A stretch of DNA of 64,000 nucleotides from Owenia fusiformis. Lineage: Eukaryota. Position numbers and translations under genes: made by a program. Position 1 is the stretch's first letter. Each line of letters opens with the position of its first letter. The stretch is from assembly GCA_903813345.2 (NCBI GenBank), contig CAIIXF020000001.1, forward strand, positions 42,036,001 through 42,100,000, given 5' to 3'. Below the pieces are notes generated by a model. That model ran no database searches, was not told where the DNA came from, and worked only from the letters and a program-made list of their open reading frames with translations. Shown here piece after piece: positions 1 to 13,580 of the stretch.

Positions 1-22
1 AAAACAATTCTTGGCATCGGAT

Positions 23-540
23 AAAGGTGAGTATTTCATACTTGAGTGGGTTTGGGGTAGATATCACCCGGGAATATATATCATATCTGAGGAGCGGGCA
101 GGATATATTGTATATGTCCCGCTCTAGGGCAAATGCGGGCAGATATAATATATCCATCCCGCTCCCGGGAATTTTTTCAAAAGTTTAAAAAAGTTTAAAA
201 ATTTTAAAAATTTAAATTTCAGAAGTTTAAAATTTTTCAAAAAGTTTAAATGTTACAATTCTATTGTATTGAACTGAAGGAATATTAAGAAAATGTTAAA
301 TATAAATTGTGCTTTTACAGTATAGGCCTATCTTGTCATTTGAAAAAGGTGGTAAAGGTTATATCTACCCCAAACCCACTCAAGTATGAGATACACCAGT
401 TATGTACGGTCGGTTTTGGATACAGTGTTTATCCCGCGGGAAATATGTGTATCTCCCTCGGTCCCTGCGGTCCCTCGTGAGATACACATATTTCCCTTGG
501 GATAAACCCGGTATCCAAAACCTCCCAGTACATAACCCTT
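23..540 (+). mobile_element. Terminal-hairpin non-autonomous element, subfamily 1
   Basis: IR 26-64 pairs with 361-397; GCGGGCAGATAT core and A/T-rich tandem tract; ~140 bp imperfect hairpin 399-536; AT at both boundaries. Confidence 0.75.
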
Positions 541-2195
541 ATATATGTGATACATTGGTTTTATTTATTGCACTGCCTTGTTGAATGATTCAGTAATCAT
601 TATAATATCTCATAAACTGTTGTGTACTTCCGTAACGCATTCTTATTAGAATGTCATATTCACCAGCGGTATATGAAATATTCAACTGCAGAATATGTTT
701 ATCTCGTGTTTACCGCACATAACAACAGTGATAGTTGGTGTCTGTGACGAAGTTAAGGGGTCAGTTAACGTTATCGGGTTTGTCTTTACCCAAGTCATGT
801 AAGCCTAACTTTATATGGAAGTCAAAGATGGCTTCAAAACAGCCGTTAAAATAAAATGGTAACTTTATCTAAGAAGATAGAGCATTTAGGATAGCGAGTT
901 TGGTGTCAGGGATTCTACTTTTACCCACGGTCAAACTGCCCTAATACGTAACTTACGTAGTAGTTATATATAAAAAATGTAGGTAATTAGGGCTAAACAG
1001 TGATTTAAGTGTCTGTCTTCAGTTTTCTTAACTTAAATCATTAATGCCTTCCTTTAAATGAGAATTCAAGATGGCCACCAATATGAGATAAGGACAATTT
1101 AGCAGCTTTAGTGTGCTTAATTATAAAAAGAAAGAAAACCTTTCGCCATCTGGAATGGATATGTGACCAATTCTAAGCATATTGAACAGTGATCCACGAT
1201 CCGTCAAGATGGCTGCCAAAATATAGTAGCCTACATAATGGGTAGTAATATCTAAAGCAATATCAAGACTGTGGTTTTGGTGTCTATGACTAAGAGTGAG
1301 AGGTAAAACCTGTAGCCGTTGGTTATGTTAAGTTACCCAAGCATTTGGTAAAACTCTTAGAAATCAAAGGAGTGCACCTACACAAAGACGAAAACCTTAC
1401 ACATTTTCTGCATTTTAGTGTAAGTACTCTATATTTCTTTAGAATTTTTTTTTTGATATATTCGTTTATTCTTGGCCCTTCTTCGATATTTCTTGAACAC
1501 TCTGAAGCGGGTGGGCGCTTATCAAGGTAAGACTTTTCATTTTTTTCATTCCATTGGACATTTCATATTTCATATTGTGTTCTACAATAAAGCATCAGAT
1601 TTTCACGTGCATTTAATTTTCGCGATGTTGTGTCACCCTCGAAAACGGGAAATTAAGTGCACGTGGATTTTAAGTGTTTTACAGTAAGTTGGATCAGGCT
1701 ATACAGAAATTACATTGTTTGTTGGCCAGGAACCCAAACAAGAGACGGAAATCATTTTAGCGCCCACCAAAGAATATCTTTCCAATCAATTTTTAGATAA
1801 AGTTACTTATGTATCATTAAAAGATGCTCATGTCATTTAACATCAAACTCTACTTTAAGGTAACTCAATTTTCGAATTTTACTGAGATTAATGAGGATTA
1901 CACCAAGGGTGTATTGACTTTAACACGGGGATATACACAACATTGACTTAACTTGGTGATATCATCACGGTGATTGATACAAAATCCTCATTATCAGAGA
2001 ACCCAAGTTAATCGAGTCTCAACAATTAGATTCATGTGGTATAGTATGGTAGAATCCAATTTCAATAAATAAGATATTAAATTTAAACGAGGGTCCTATT
2101 CGTAGATCAGCTAGGGATCCCTTCTATATTTTAATTCCATACATAATCAATTGAAAAACAGAACAATCCCTATCCAGGATACGATATCTGAATAC

Positions 2196-5100
2196 ATGAA
2201 TATGACACTTGCTGAATTCATATTATGACACCCACTGGGGTTGCGATCTTGGTTAGCTCTCAGATGATTAAGAGTATTCCCCATTCATGATTAATAGATG
2301 ATTGATTTTGTTCATGGCGTCTTTCATTGTTATATCACAACATCCAAGAACTAACTACAAGTTAGCCTAACTATATCTTGATCCTTCAAATCAAAATCTT
2401 ACTGAGATGATTGCGATAAATGTCAAATAAGAGAATTACAACACTCTTAACCTCAAACAATAGTTTAAATGTTCATCTTAACAATGAGTTCTTATTGAAC
2501 AACGACATTTCAGAACTTACAATTCAAATAGGACGCTCAAAGCTAAGATTGCAGGTTGGCAGAGTTCAACAATCGATCACATTGGTGGATGAATAATTGT
2601 CTCAAGATGATCCAGGAGATCAGTATGTCATTTTAGATGAGACTTCAGAGAAAAACTTTTCTTTGTACAGTTTTATATATAATCCCATTATGCAATTAGA
2701 AATCGAGGTGAACGTGTTGGATTTTCATTGTTTCGCCGACCCAAATGACATGTTTGTCGAATTGGTCAAAGAGGATGTCTTTATTAGTGTTGAAGTAAAA
2801 GTAAAAATTGTGATGAAACGTCACTTTGATGATGATGGATTACACTGGTGTAAGTTCACACAGTAAAGTCCACTTTCAATTAAAAAAATTCCAGGATGTA
2901 TCTTTCTCAATACAAAATACTACATTGATCTCTCAGATATCATTATAAAATATTAAGTTGATCTTGGCTCCAAAGAATAATCAGTTGGGAATGTTTAACG
3001 CTCGTGTGATTTCAAATGACAATAAATGAAAACGGAATGAATAGATGTTTTTGCAAGAATCTCTTGTTAGTAGATATTCTTAGTTTACTTTTAGAAGCAT
3101 ACGATACTTTGGAAAAGAAGGCGATGTGGTTAATATCAATGCTTGTACAGGATGGGCAATACACTACTTTTTAGGAGGGCAGTGAATTCATCCATACCAT
3201 AATAACCATATACGTTTTTAAGAAGTGAATTCAGTACAATGTTTTTTATGGATGGGGTGTTACTGACACAAGTATGTGATTTTATACTTATATCAAAACA
3301 TAATTTTTTGTAACTTTGTAACCCTATGATACTTATTATACTTATAAACATTTGTCTCAGTTAAAGTAGAATTAAAACCTATGTTGAAACTTGAAGGTTC
3401 ATTCTCCCTGTTTTCTTTATGACTTTATGGTTTGTGTACTTATAGATATTTTTCCTTGCTGTGTTCCGAAACGATTTTTGGTCCTTTCCATTTGGTACGT
3501 GTGCATACAGTTCCACATTCATTTATAACTTGCTTTAAAAGTGTCATCCTTATGCAAATATAAAATCAAAATTAAATAGAATTGAATCACTTAATTGCCT
3601 CTGTGATTGACCATCTTTATCTTTTGAGGTAGGATTATTTTGTAAATAATTTAGTACAGGTAAATACAATTTACCAACCCTCGGTTCCTACTGTCCTTCA
3701 GGTAACATCGACTAATGTATGTTTTGTGTGATGAATGAATAACTCCGAGATACTTGTAATGTAATAATCGCCACACAGTTGTCTTAAATTGGACATTGAT
3801 TAAAATATATCACCAAGAAAAATAATCCATTCTGAGGCAAAAGGGGAATTAACCCAAACTATCGAATGATAAATCTGAAAAAGATGGGAATACGATGATT
3901 GCATGCACAAGCTGCAATTATCATTTCGTGGACTGAAGTATGATTAGACTAACATCGGTAAATAATTCAATTGTATCATACACTCTTGTTGATGAGAGCT
4001 GAAGGCGAAAACATCTCCAATTTAATGGGCGTCAATGGAAAAACAAAAACAAATTAATTTTGACTTTAAAAGTTAATGGTTCATCGTAACCACATTAAAC
4101 GAAGTTTTTGTATGAGAGACGCAAATAGAAAAAGTGAATCAGTTCATAAACAAAAACAAATGTGAGTTCCATAGCCATACTATTTTTAGGAAATGATTAT
4201 AAAAATACATCGTTCCCAAGAATCGGTTATATAATTTCTGCGACAAACATAGAAAATACAGCCACTTGAGTGGATTGAGTGGATTGTTCTTAAAATAGTT
4301 GTTGACATTTTCTTTCCATAAGTATTTACTTACATTTTGTAAGTTTCAAATATTTTCAATGAGATTTATCTCCTAGTTTTTTCAGTATTTTTAATTTTTA
4401 AACTGTATAATTACACCGACTGAATTAATCATCATCTATCGATAGCTAGTCCTTAGGCCACTGCTACAAACAGATAAACATGTTCTGCTAAAAACAATCA
4501 CAGAGACTTTATCCTTTGATCCATCACTTGACAAAGATTGATAATATGGTAGATTGATATCTGTCTCCGTTGGTCCAATTGCAATTTTTGGAAATATAAC
4601 TTAGTCTAAAACCACTTGAAGTTGAAATGAGGCAAAATCTGTAAAGGCATAAGTATTACGATTGATGAACTAAACCATGTGAATTCGATTCAAATTGTAC
4701 ATATCAATCGATTCCTGCTCATCATTACGTAAATTGTAGGGGTTATTTGTCAGTCGTGTGACAGACAATCAGTATGGTTTCACTATCAATCAGAATGATC
4801 ATTCTGATACTCATAGCATCTTTCTGTTTCACCTGAAACATGCTCTGATATTACGAGGTATATTCTATGATCTGACCACATCAGATGAGAAGGGTTATAA
4901 CTGTCAATAAGTGTGATAGTTATCATGTAATCATTTACCTTAATGTGAATCCAAATTACATAATAGGCATTGTATTCAACAGCAGATATTAGAACAGGCA
5001 CAGGTACATAAGTTTTATGAGCCCAATAATGAAATATGAGCTGGGATGAAAGATCTCAAAAATCCTCAATTTTGGCTCTCCTGGATCGCCAAATCAGGCT

Positions 5101-5593
5101 CATTATATCATGATATATACAATGAAGAGGGTTTTTCACATCAAGATAAAGAAATATCTAAGGAATATGTTTACATCGATTAAAACATCACGACGACGCG
5201 CTATGTTCGAAAATTAACTGGTGAGAATTTGCGCAAACGAAGGTGGTACGCAAGAGACGTATTATGTCAGTCATCGCTAAAGCTCTGGGGCTTTCCCTCC
5301 TCTTTATACAATGGAGACATTTGGTGCAGTGTACTACTGTGTAGCAATGTAGTTCATAACCTTACTGAAACTAATTGGACAAAATGGTATGTCACAAGAG
5401 AAATATATGTTTCCATAAGGAATGGGGTTACTAAATCAACTTTATCAACGTTGGAATTAAGAGCACGTTATCCATTATATCAACTCCTTTCTCTTCACTT
5501 ATCCTAGAATCTAAGCTAGAACGAAACCTTCTTGGTAAAAATAAAAATTTCCTCCAAATGGAAGTTCATCCATTTACCAGATGGGGACCTGTG
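2196..5593. pseudogene. Decayed cluster of compact intronless ORF-like segments on both strands (possible endogenous DNA virus or Maverick relic)
   Basis: Frames run 150-220 codons with only scattered stops: about 2314-2956 (+), 3136-3351 (-), 3670-4320 (-), 4400-5050 (-), 5040-5593 (+). No recognised domain. Confidence 0.35.
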
Positions 5594-5982
5594 AATGGGC
5601 TCGGGATCGATCATTCTGAACAGTGCGCCAGTGCGTTCAAAATTGACGCGCGTTTTCATAATAACCGACTATTTGTATGTAGTAATTAGTTATTCATGCA
5701 ACATACTTTTGTAAGTACTAAGCCATGATATAATTGTTTCTACTGTTTTTCTGTTCATATATGGGCCTGTTGCAACACACTGTTCTGTTTGTATGTAGGC
5801 TAGTCATTTACAGATGTCACTGCAGGTATAATTTTTGTTTGTTTGTATTTAGGCGTGTTATTCACACAGCCCATCGCAAGTATAATGTTTATGTTCGAAT
5901 GCAGGCGTGTTATTAACACTGCAGATATAACGTTTCTGTTCTTTGGATACATGCGTGTTATTTACCCAACACATGCATATAT

Positions 5983-6172
5983 AGAGATTATCCTATAGTC
6001 GGTTCAGGATATTGGGATTATCCCGAGGCTAATATAATATATCTGCCCGAGGGCCGTAGGTAACAAAAATGAACCAATATGCGGGACGTAAAGCTATATC
6101 TGCCCGTTGATGAAAAGGTAAGTTTTTACAAACCTGCTTTGTGTACCTGTGACACGTCCAAGTATGGAATAA
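5983..6172 (-). mobile_element. Internally deleted terminal-hairpin element, subfamily 2, inverted relative to 6306-6839
   Basis: Has both termini of 6306-6839 in reverse complement (agagattatcctat...gtatggaataa); flanked by AT. Confidence 0.75.
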
Positions 6173-6305
6173 ATAATACTTCTGTTTGTATGTAGGTGTG
6201 TTATTTACACAACATACAACATTCGAGTTTATTCTCACACAGGATACAGCATATCCCCATGCATATGTAGTTGTGTTATTCGAACAACATACAGCATATC
6301 CCCAT

Positions 6306-6839
6306 TTATCCCATACTTGGACGTGTTACGGGTACGTAAAGCCGGTTTGTAAAAACTTATATCTTCATCAGCGGGCAGATATAGCTTTACGTCCCGCTCC
6401 GAGCGGGCAGATATAGTATATCTGCCCGCTACGTCATAATCGCAGTTCCCGTATTGGTTCTTTTTTGTAACGTTCGCATACTGTAAACGACAATGGAGAA
6501 AAACGCAAACAATCGATCGCGATCTGTTTGATGCTTTAGAGAAGGGAAGGAGCAGTATGCCCCGTTAATATTCAAATATTTGAACAGGAAAATCCGGCTA
6601 CGGACAAGAATAAAAAACTGGACATGAATATTTTAAAATAATTCCACGATTGGTTGCAACAATTGAACAATGTGATTGGTATGGGATAAACAGATCATCC
6701 TATAGTCGGTTCAGGATATTGGGATTATCCCTTGGCCAATATAATATATCTTCCCTCGGGACCTACGGACCTCGGGCAGATATATTATATTGGCCTCGGG
6801 ATAATCCCAATATCCTGAACCTCATATAGGATAATCTCT
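6306..6839 (+). mobile_element. Terminal-hairpin element, subfamily 2
   Basis: ttatcccatac pairs with gtatgggataa near 6679-6689; hairpin 6692-6837; AT at 6304-6305 and 6840-6841. Confidence 0.8.
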
Positions 6840-6841
6840 AT

Positions 6842-7321
6842 TTATCCTATGCCAAGTAGAGTTTCAAGGAGATAAGTTGGCAAGATATATCCCGTATCCT
6901 GATTTTGAGGTTTCCATATCCTGAACCTCCATATCTCCCGCCATATCTCCCGCTCCAGGGCATATCTGCCCGCTTCGAAAAAAATTTGAAAAATAAGAAA
7001 AAATTAAAAAAAAAGAAAAAATGTGAAAAAATTTGAAAAAATTAAAAAATTGAATTGAAAAAAGAAAGAAATAGAAAATATAGAAAAAATTTGAAAAATG
7101 TGGAAAAATTTAAAAAATAAAAAATATTGAAAAAATTGAAAGAAAATTAGAAAACTCTACTTGGTATAGGATAAAGCAGTTATGTACGGTCGGTTTGGAT
7201 ATAGGGTTCATCCCTCGTGAGCTATGCACATCTACCTTCGGTCCCTACGGTCCCTCAGGTAGATATGCATATCTCCCTCTGGATAAACCCCATATACAAA
7301 ACCTCCCAGTACATAACCCTT
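6842..7321 (+). mobile_element. Terminal-hairpin element, subfamily 3
   Basis: ttatcctatgccaagtagagttt pairs with aaactctacttggtataggataa; A-rich tract; hairpin 7179-7317. Closely similar reverse-complement copies at 61363 and 61824. Confidence 0.85.
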
Positions 7322-10300
7322 ATGTATTATGTAGTTTTGTTATTCGCGCAACATACAGCATATCCCCGTGTTTTATGTAGTTGTGTTATTCGAACAACAT
7401 ACAGCATATCCCCGTGTTTTATGTACTCAGTAGTTGTGTTATTCGCACAACATATCCCCATGTATTTTGTAGTTGTGTTATTCACACAACATACAGCATA
7501 TATATTTATATAAAACTTTTATATGTATGCATTTAGTCGTGTTATTTACACTTCATGCAGTATATACTTTTATGTAGTCAGTATAAGACAACAGACCGCA
7601 TGGATACACGTTGTGCTTTCGTTACAGGGCATCAAGATCATTTTTATCTTAATCGATTGGATGCGATTGAACAGATTACTCTTTATGATATTTCAAATAA
7701 GCTCATTTGTTCTATTTCTGTGATTTATATTCGTCTAGCTTGTATTTGCAAGCTGCGATTAATTGGGATAGCGATGGCCAATTTGTGCTGATGGATTCTT
7801 TTATTATTAATGTTTAGAAATATAATACCTGTGGATATCATAACATGACTTGATGAATAGCATTGGTATAACTATAATAACATATCATAACTCAAAATTG
7901 ATTCATTCTTGCACTTTTGCTTGATAAAAATCATTAAATTATAAACCATTAAACGTTAAAACAAAGAAAAAATGGATCGCCTATGCCTCCTAATGATAAA
8001 ATGCTCAATTGAGTAGCCCATGGGGACCTTTAAGATAACTTTAATTATCGATAGCATTTCTCAAGTTTCTCTTTTCTTTCGTATGCCATGGATAATTGTT
8101 TTAAATTGGATGTCAACGTCGAAATGACACAGTCAATGAATGAATGCTTTGAGAGCCAATTAAAAAAATGAATCGAGCATGTTTAATTTAGAAAAATCTA
8201 AGAGAAACAACGACCGAGTCTTGAAGAAAAAACAGTCAATTCATAATCCAATCTAGCTAGTGCACAGTTCGTTCATTATGAACTCTGCCAATTGATACAT
8301 ACGATAACTTAATGTAATACTTAATAAGGTAATATTAATCATACAGACATAATAAAATCTGATTGCATGATTCTGATTGCATGAAACTGTATAAAGAACA
8401 ATGTTTTTTTTCATTTTGAGTGACAAATTGACATCGTTTTTTAAAAGTACAATATTTTTCAGATGAGTATTTACTTAATGAACCACCCAGCGCCCACCGC
8501 GTATTATTTTTATGCTTAAGTCAAGTCAGGAAGGGAGTAGCGTCAGCTGCAAAGTGATCTCTGGATTAACGATATGGGAACCTCATTTATCATATATGAT
8601 TTTCACAAATCAATTCATCACTCAGTGCAAAGAACCATTATTAAATTCCTCAAGCGTTTGGTTTCATAAATTGACTTTAAATGACATAAGTGCCATAATT
8701 AGCCCCATCAAGTATTTGATTTAAAGATTGCACATTCGTTTAACTTGTCACAGACGTCGTGGTCGTAGTAGAAGAAGTAGTAGTTGTAGGACTCTTCTTT
8801 TTTAATTCATGTTCCGCAAACCGTTCTCATTTTATATCTTTGTGTACATCAAGTCATTTTACAATACTACAAAATGTTATATAATAGTAGTAGGACTGTT
8901 CCTTAAAAATGGAATCATCGTGGGTTGTTCCGAGGTATACTGATATTTTGAGATACAATGAAAGAAAATAGTCAATGATGGACAAATGGGAAATATTTTG
9001 TGTACAAATACCCACAATAATTATTTCTTTGATTGCTCGGATTGTCGGCGACAATCCAATTTCTCGAAGATTTCTTGGTTCACAATATCATGTGACTACA
9101 AATTAAAATAATTTACTTGAATTACCCAAGTAGCTTATGGAATGAGCCTTGGCCTAGCGGATTTCTCGCTAATATTCAATTGTGATGACTTTAAATAATA
9201 ACCAGTTCTTTAATTTTGTGATTGACACAAAAAACTCATAAACTCACAAATAACTCATATGATTATAATGATATTTGTGATTTTATGACTACAAACTCTT
9301 TAATTTATATTATTTAATCTTATTTGATGGTCAATACATCAAAATATTTCAAAACGTTGAAAAACAATTGGAAGTGTCAGTAAGGCGTCAAAATATGTAA
9401 GCAAATGAGTTAACTATGTTCTTATTATACAGAGCGCTGCAATACCTTTTTGTGTAAGCCTAATTTGAGGTCAAACGGAAAAGATAGACCCAACCATGTT
9501 GTTTTACATATGTTTTCATTTTAGATGTTGTTTTAAAATTGGTTGCCATGATAACCACAAAATAAATAAAGATTGCAAGAACAACAACTTCAAGAAAACA
9601 ATTGTGTTATATACTTTTTTACGTTATGGAAAACTATGAGTCTCGGGCTTCTCGGTCCGAGGTTATTATTCCCCCCCCCAAGGCCCATTACGAATGGTTA
9701 TCTAAGTTGAACCCATCAACCCTGGATCCTATGAAAGGTAAATCGTCCACGACAAAATTTTAGGAAAATTGGATTTATTTGTATTGAGGTTATTGTCTTG
9801 ATAAGTGAGTGGGGCAAAATTAATTCAGGTTCCACAGCATGTCATAGGACAGGTACAGTGTAAAATTTGATTTCTTTGTGTTTACTTTTCATCTATTGAC
9901 GGAGTGAATAGAGTGTAATTAGTTCTGTTTTAGTACACTGCATGTGTCAGTCCAGGTGTAAACACTGAGCATGGATAGAGCAGAATTGTAAGTAAGCTTA
10001 GATCAATACTCTAGGTAGCAACAAATATAAATAAATAAATTGTTTTATTTTAAAGAGGCAAAGTAACAAAAGAAGAGAACATGTACATTTTTATATTGAT
10101 TTCAAATGATGGAAACTATCGAAAACTTTCCACGTTGGTTTTGGATAGCTTACCAAGTGTCCATTCTTTAAAAAAAATAGAAAACGAATGCACTCTTCTT
10201 TGTAAAAACTGTACATTCTTTAAGATAAACTACAGTTCATTCTGTTGTGTTGCTACCTAAGTGGGTTTAATAGCTAATTTACGGTTATTGTGGCTACTTG

Positions 10301-10841
10301 TCACGATGAAAAACAATGACAAGTGTGACAATAATTTGTCTGACAGTAATCGATAATATTCAAAGATTGTGAGGCATTGGGGGCTGTAAGCGCCACTTAT
10401 GTCTGATTTTAGGCCATCATTTTGCGACTTCTTAAAATACGTCTAGACAACATCATTGAAGTAAATTCAGACACTACTGGTAGAAGGGTTTCCCGATCGA
10501 GAATGGATGATTAGGAAAGCTCTCAATGGTAACTGCTGATCAAAATTAATGAATACATTGACATGATTATTAAATTGTGAAACAGCTGATGAGATCTCAT
10601 ATTAGGTCACTTTTATTATTCGATGTGAATCAATAACGTTCTAAAAGTACTGATACACATACTGTAACTTCAAAGTCAAAGAACTTGAAGGAATTCTCTA
10701 TTTAATATAAGGAGGTAGAGTCGAGCGATGAAGATGTAACAAGCGGGGTTTCCTCATCTACTGATGTGCCTAATGCATCCGTAAATGATACATGAGATCT
10801 TAAATAGAAGTTGACAATTGCAGATATCGACGACTTATCTT

Positions 10842-11107
10842 AGTGTGTATTCGCTAAAAAATATTGCAACTAGCGGTGAAGTAATATTGTATAATCTATT
10901 TTATGAAGTTTCAAGCGAACATGTTCTCATTTGGTGTTAGTTTGAGATAGTTATCATGCAATAAAGCTATTAAAGTGTGTATTCGCTAGAAACTATCGCA
11001 ACTAGCAGTGAAGTAATATTATATAATCTGTTTTATGAAGTTTCTAGAGAAAATGTTGTCATTTGGTGTTAGTTTGAGATAGTTATCATGCAATAAAGCT
11101 ATTAAAG
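10842..11107. repeat. 132 bp direct tandem duplication
   Basis: agtgtgtattcgct...caataaagctattaaag at 10842 and again at 10974. Confidence 0.9.
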
Positions 11108-11270
11108 CAACAGGGTCCAGGATAGCCTATTGATGTTATGAATGATAACCCTCATTTGAAAGATTGGGTAAACAGATAAGCTCGATAGTTGAGTCAAAAG
11201 TCGACCCTCACTCGATAGTTGGTGGCTAGCGGACTTCTCAGCAGAGGGCAATAAAATCTATTCAAATGCT

Positions 11271-13580
11271 AATAACGCAGATGCGAGTAGGTAGTTACCA
11301 GATTCACCACCAGGTGGCTCGTTCGGGTCAGATAGCATGGCGGGTATGGTAGAAAGTTCCCTCTAACTTAAATTACATCTATTTGCGAGGTTCAATTTTC
11401 ATATAACCCTTATGTAGCTAATAGTTATGCAAATTAAAATATGTCCAGTAAAAGAAAATGTTATCTGTCCAATACAAGAAAAGATATTTCACTTTTTGTG
11501 ATTTTGTAGTATGGGGTCTATGGGGAATCAACCCGAATTAGAACGGTCAAGACAAGTAATCTAGTCAACATTATATATTCGTATGTTCATCAATATTTAC
11601 TAAGAATGGTGCCACAATTGAAGTAAACCTCTGGTTAATTATTTTCAATAAACCTATGAGCAAACGTTTAAATGATAATTTTGATGTTCTGTTACATATT
11701 GGAGAAGCAATCTTTGGGATATGACCTAAATTTCTGATTTTCCACTGTGTCCCTGTATACCCCTACTTCAAAAGATATATGTTATTTGTCATTTTTCATT
11801 ATGAACCAACCATAAATGTATTTTTTCTTGTTTACATACAGAATGAACTTTCGGTTTTCAAATATTGCAAGACGGTACTGCATTTATTTGTCCAGGATAT
11901 CGAGCAAACAAATGCGTGTCAATTTACACTGTAATATCCTACATACTTATATTTCAAGGGTAGTTTTGAAGAATAATCTAGAAAATTCATGTTTTCAAAT
12001 GGATTCATCCTTGTCAAAGAACGTGAATGAGGATATGCCGTTTGAAAAACTCACAACATGTTTCAAGTTCTTACAACTCTTGGTTAAAAAATAATAATTT
12101 GAAAGTTGTGATTTCGAATGTAATATCCTACTCAATGAAATTTGTTGATATTTGTGAATTTTTTCTTTCGAAATGCACATTGCTGGATAACAGAACCTTG
12201 CCATGTTCGAGATGCACGAAAAGTGTTTTGTTAATACTTGACGTCGTACGGATATTTGGATGTGATTGACGTTTTCGTTAATCTCCTACCACTGTAATTT
12301 CCAACTTAATTTTTGGAAGCCAAATGTGATAGTCACGAATTGATATTTAAGTCACACGTTGATGCATACATCATGTGTGTACATTAACTGTCGAATACAT
12401 GCCAACTTACATTTATATAAATATCCACAATTAACTCAAATCATCAATTCTCGAAACGGTTTATTATTTAACTTGGTGAATTGAATGTTTCATTTTGATT
12501 CATAATTATGGTATCGGATTTGAGTATAATATAAGTCGAGGCTTAAACAAAGCAATAAAATTACGTGAAACCTTTTGTGAAAATTCGAATGATTTTTCAA
12601 AAATCCTCCTTCAAAGTGATACCAAAGTGCTCACCGGGAGTGGAAATTTCGTCTTGTGTAATCAAAATAATAGAGCGGGTGATTTGAATTTTTGTTTGAG
12701 TTTATAGTTTACATCTATAAATTGAAAAATGTATCGCCTAATTGAGAGGTTCATGCATATTTTGGCGATCTATCATTATAAAGGGCTAAATATTGTGCAA
12801 AAACAGGAGTTGACACGCTTACATTTGAAAATGAAATTTCCTACATAATCGTCGACTCATGTTTAAAAGTCATGAAAACAAGGTTGAACACAAAACATTG
12901 ACCCAGTTACTGTCTATTCAGCATGGGTTCACTAAGGGAAATATTATTAATGACTTAAATCGTTTACAGTTAAGTTGTATTCCAAGAAACTTATCAATTT
13001 AGAAATGCAAATTGTTCAATTTTGTTTTTCAATTATAAAAAATGGCACCTGTAGAGAACAACGTTTTCAAAAATTTTTAAAACGGAGTTATTATCTTATG
13101 CAACATTCATTGGCATGCGTAAGGGAATAAATAGGAAGAATATGCATTTGATTCTATATCTTGTTCCTAAAGGAGTTTGTTAAGGAGCGGTATATCTTAA
13201 CGTACTTTTATCATCCCGAACTCAAACATTTCGAATACTTATTTCGAGAACGCTTTGTTGAGAATGGATTCGAGATGTACTCAAAATAAGTGCGTTAAAA
13301 TGTGTATTATCATCTAAATAACCATCTCACAAATTATTTTGGAAATCAAAGATGTACGATTTTTGAGATTTTTATTTTCGAATGTTGACTTACTTACTTG
13401 GCTTGACTGAGAAGTCACATTTTCAAAAAAGATTAACTTTTCAAAGTTGATAAACAATTATCGAAACCATATTTCTAGATGTACATTTACATGCAGATTT
13501 CAAATATGACATCGCTTTGACTGAATTTTGAATATTAATGACGTAAATCAAGATTATTTCTACTTGCATGTAGTCTATTG
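11271..13580 (+). mobile_element. Middle nested MITE (CAATA...TATTG termini)
   Basis: Collinear with the uninterrupted copy at 47222-47662. Confidence 0.8.
11544..13409. mobile_element. Inner 1.87 kb TIR element with 4 bp TSD (AGAA)
   Basis: TIRs cggtcaagacaagtaatctagtcaacatt / aatgttgacttacttacttggcttgactg; AGAA at 11540-11543 and 13410-13413; empty site in the 47222 copy. Confidence 0.8.

Larger units (their letters stand above)
5750..7560. repeat. Degenerate ~40-50 bp tandem array hosting three hairpin elements
   Basis: Recurrent tgtagttgtgttattcg(c/a)acaacatacagcatatcccc units on both sides of the insertions. Confidence 0.7.

Noticed and set aside
1600..1686. Right end of a TACTGT/ACAGTA-type MITE with an internal hairpin
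   Set aside because: Matching left end not found, so boundaries cannot be supported.
3136..3351. Family-B DNA polymerase gene
   Set aside because: Only a loose NxxYGYYG resemblance with wrong spacing; no motif A or C seen nearby.
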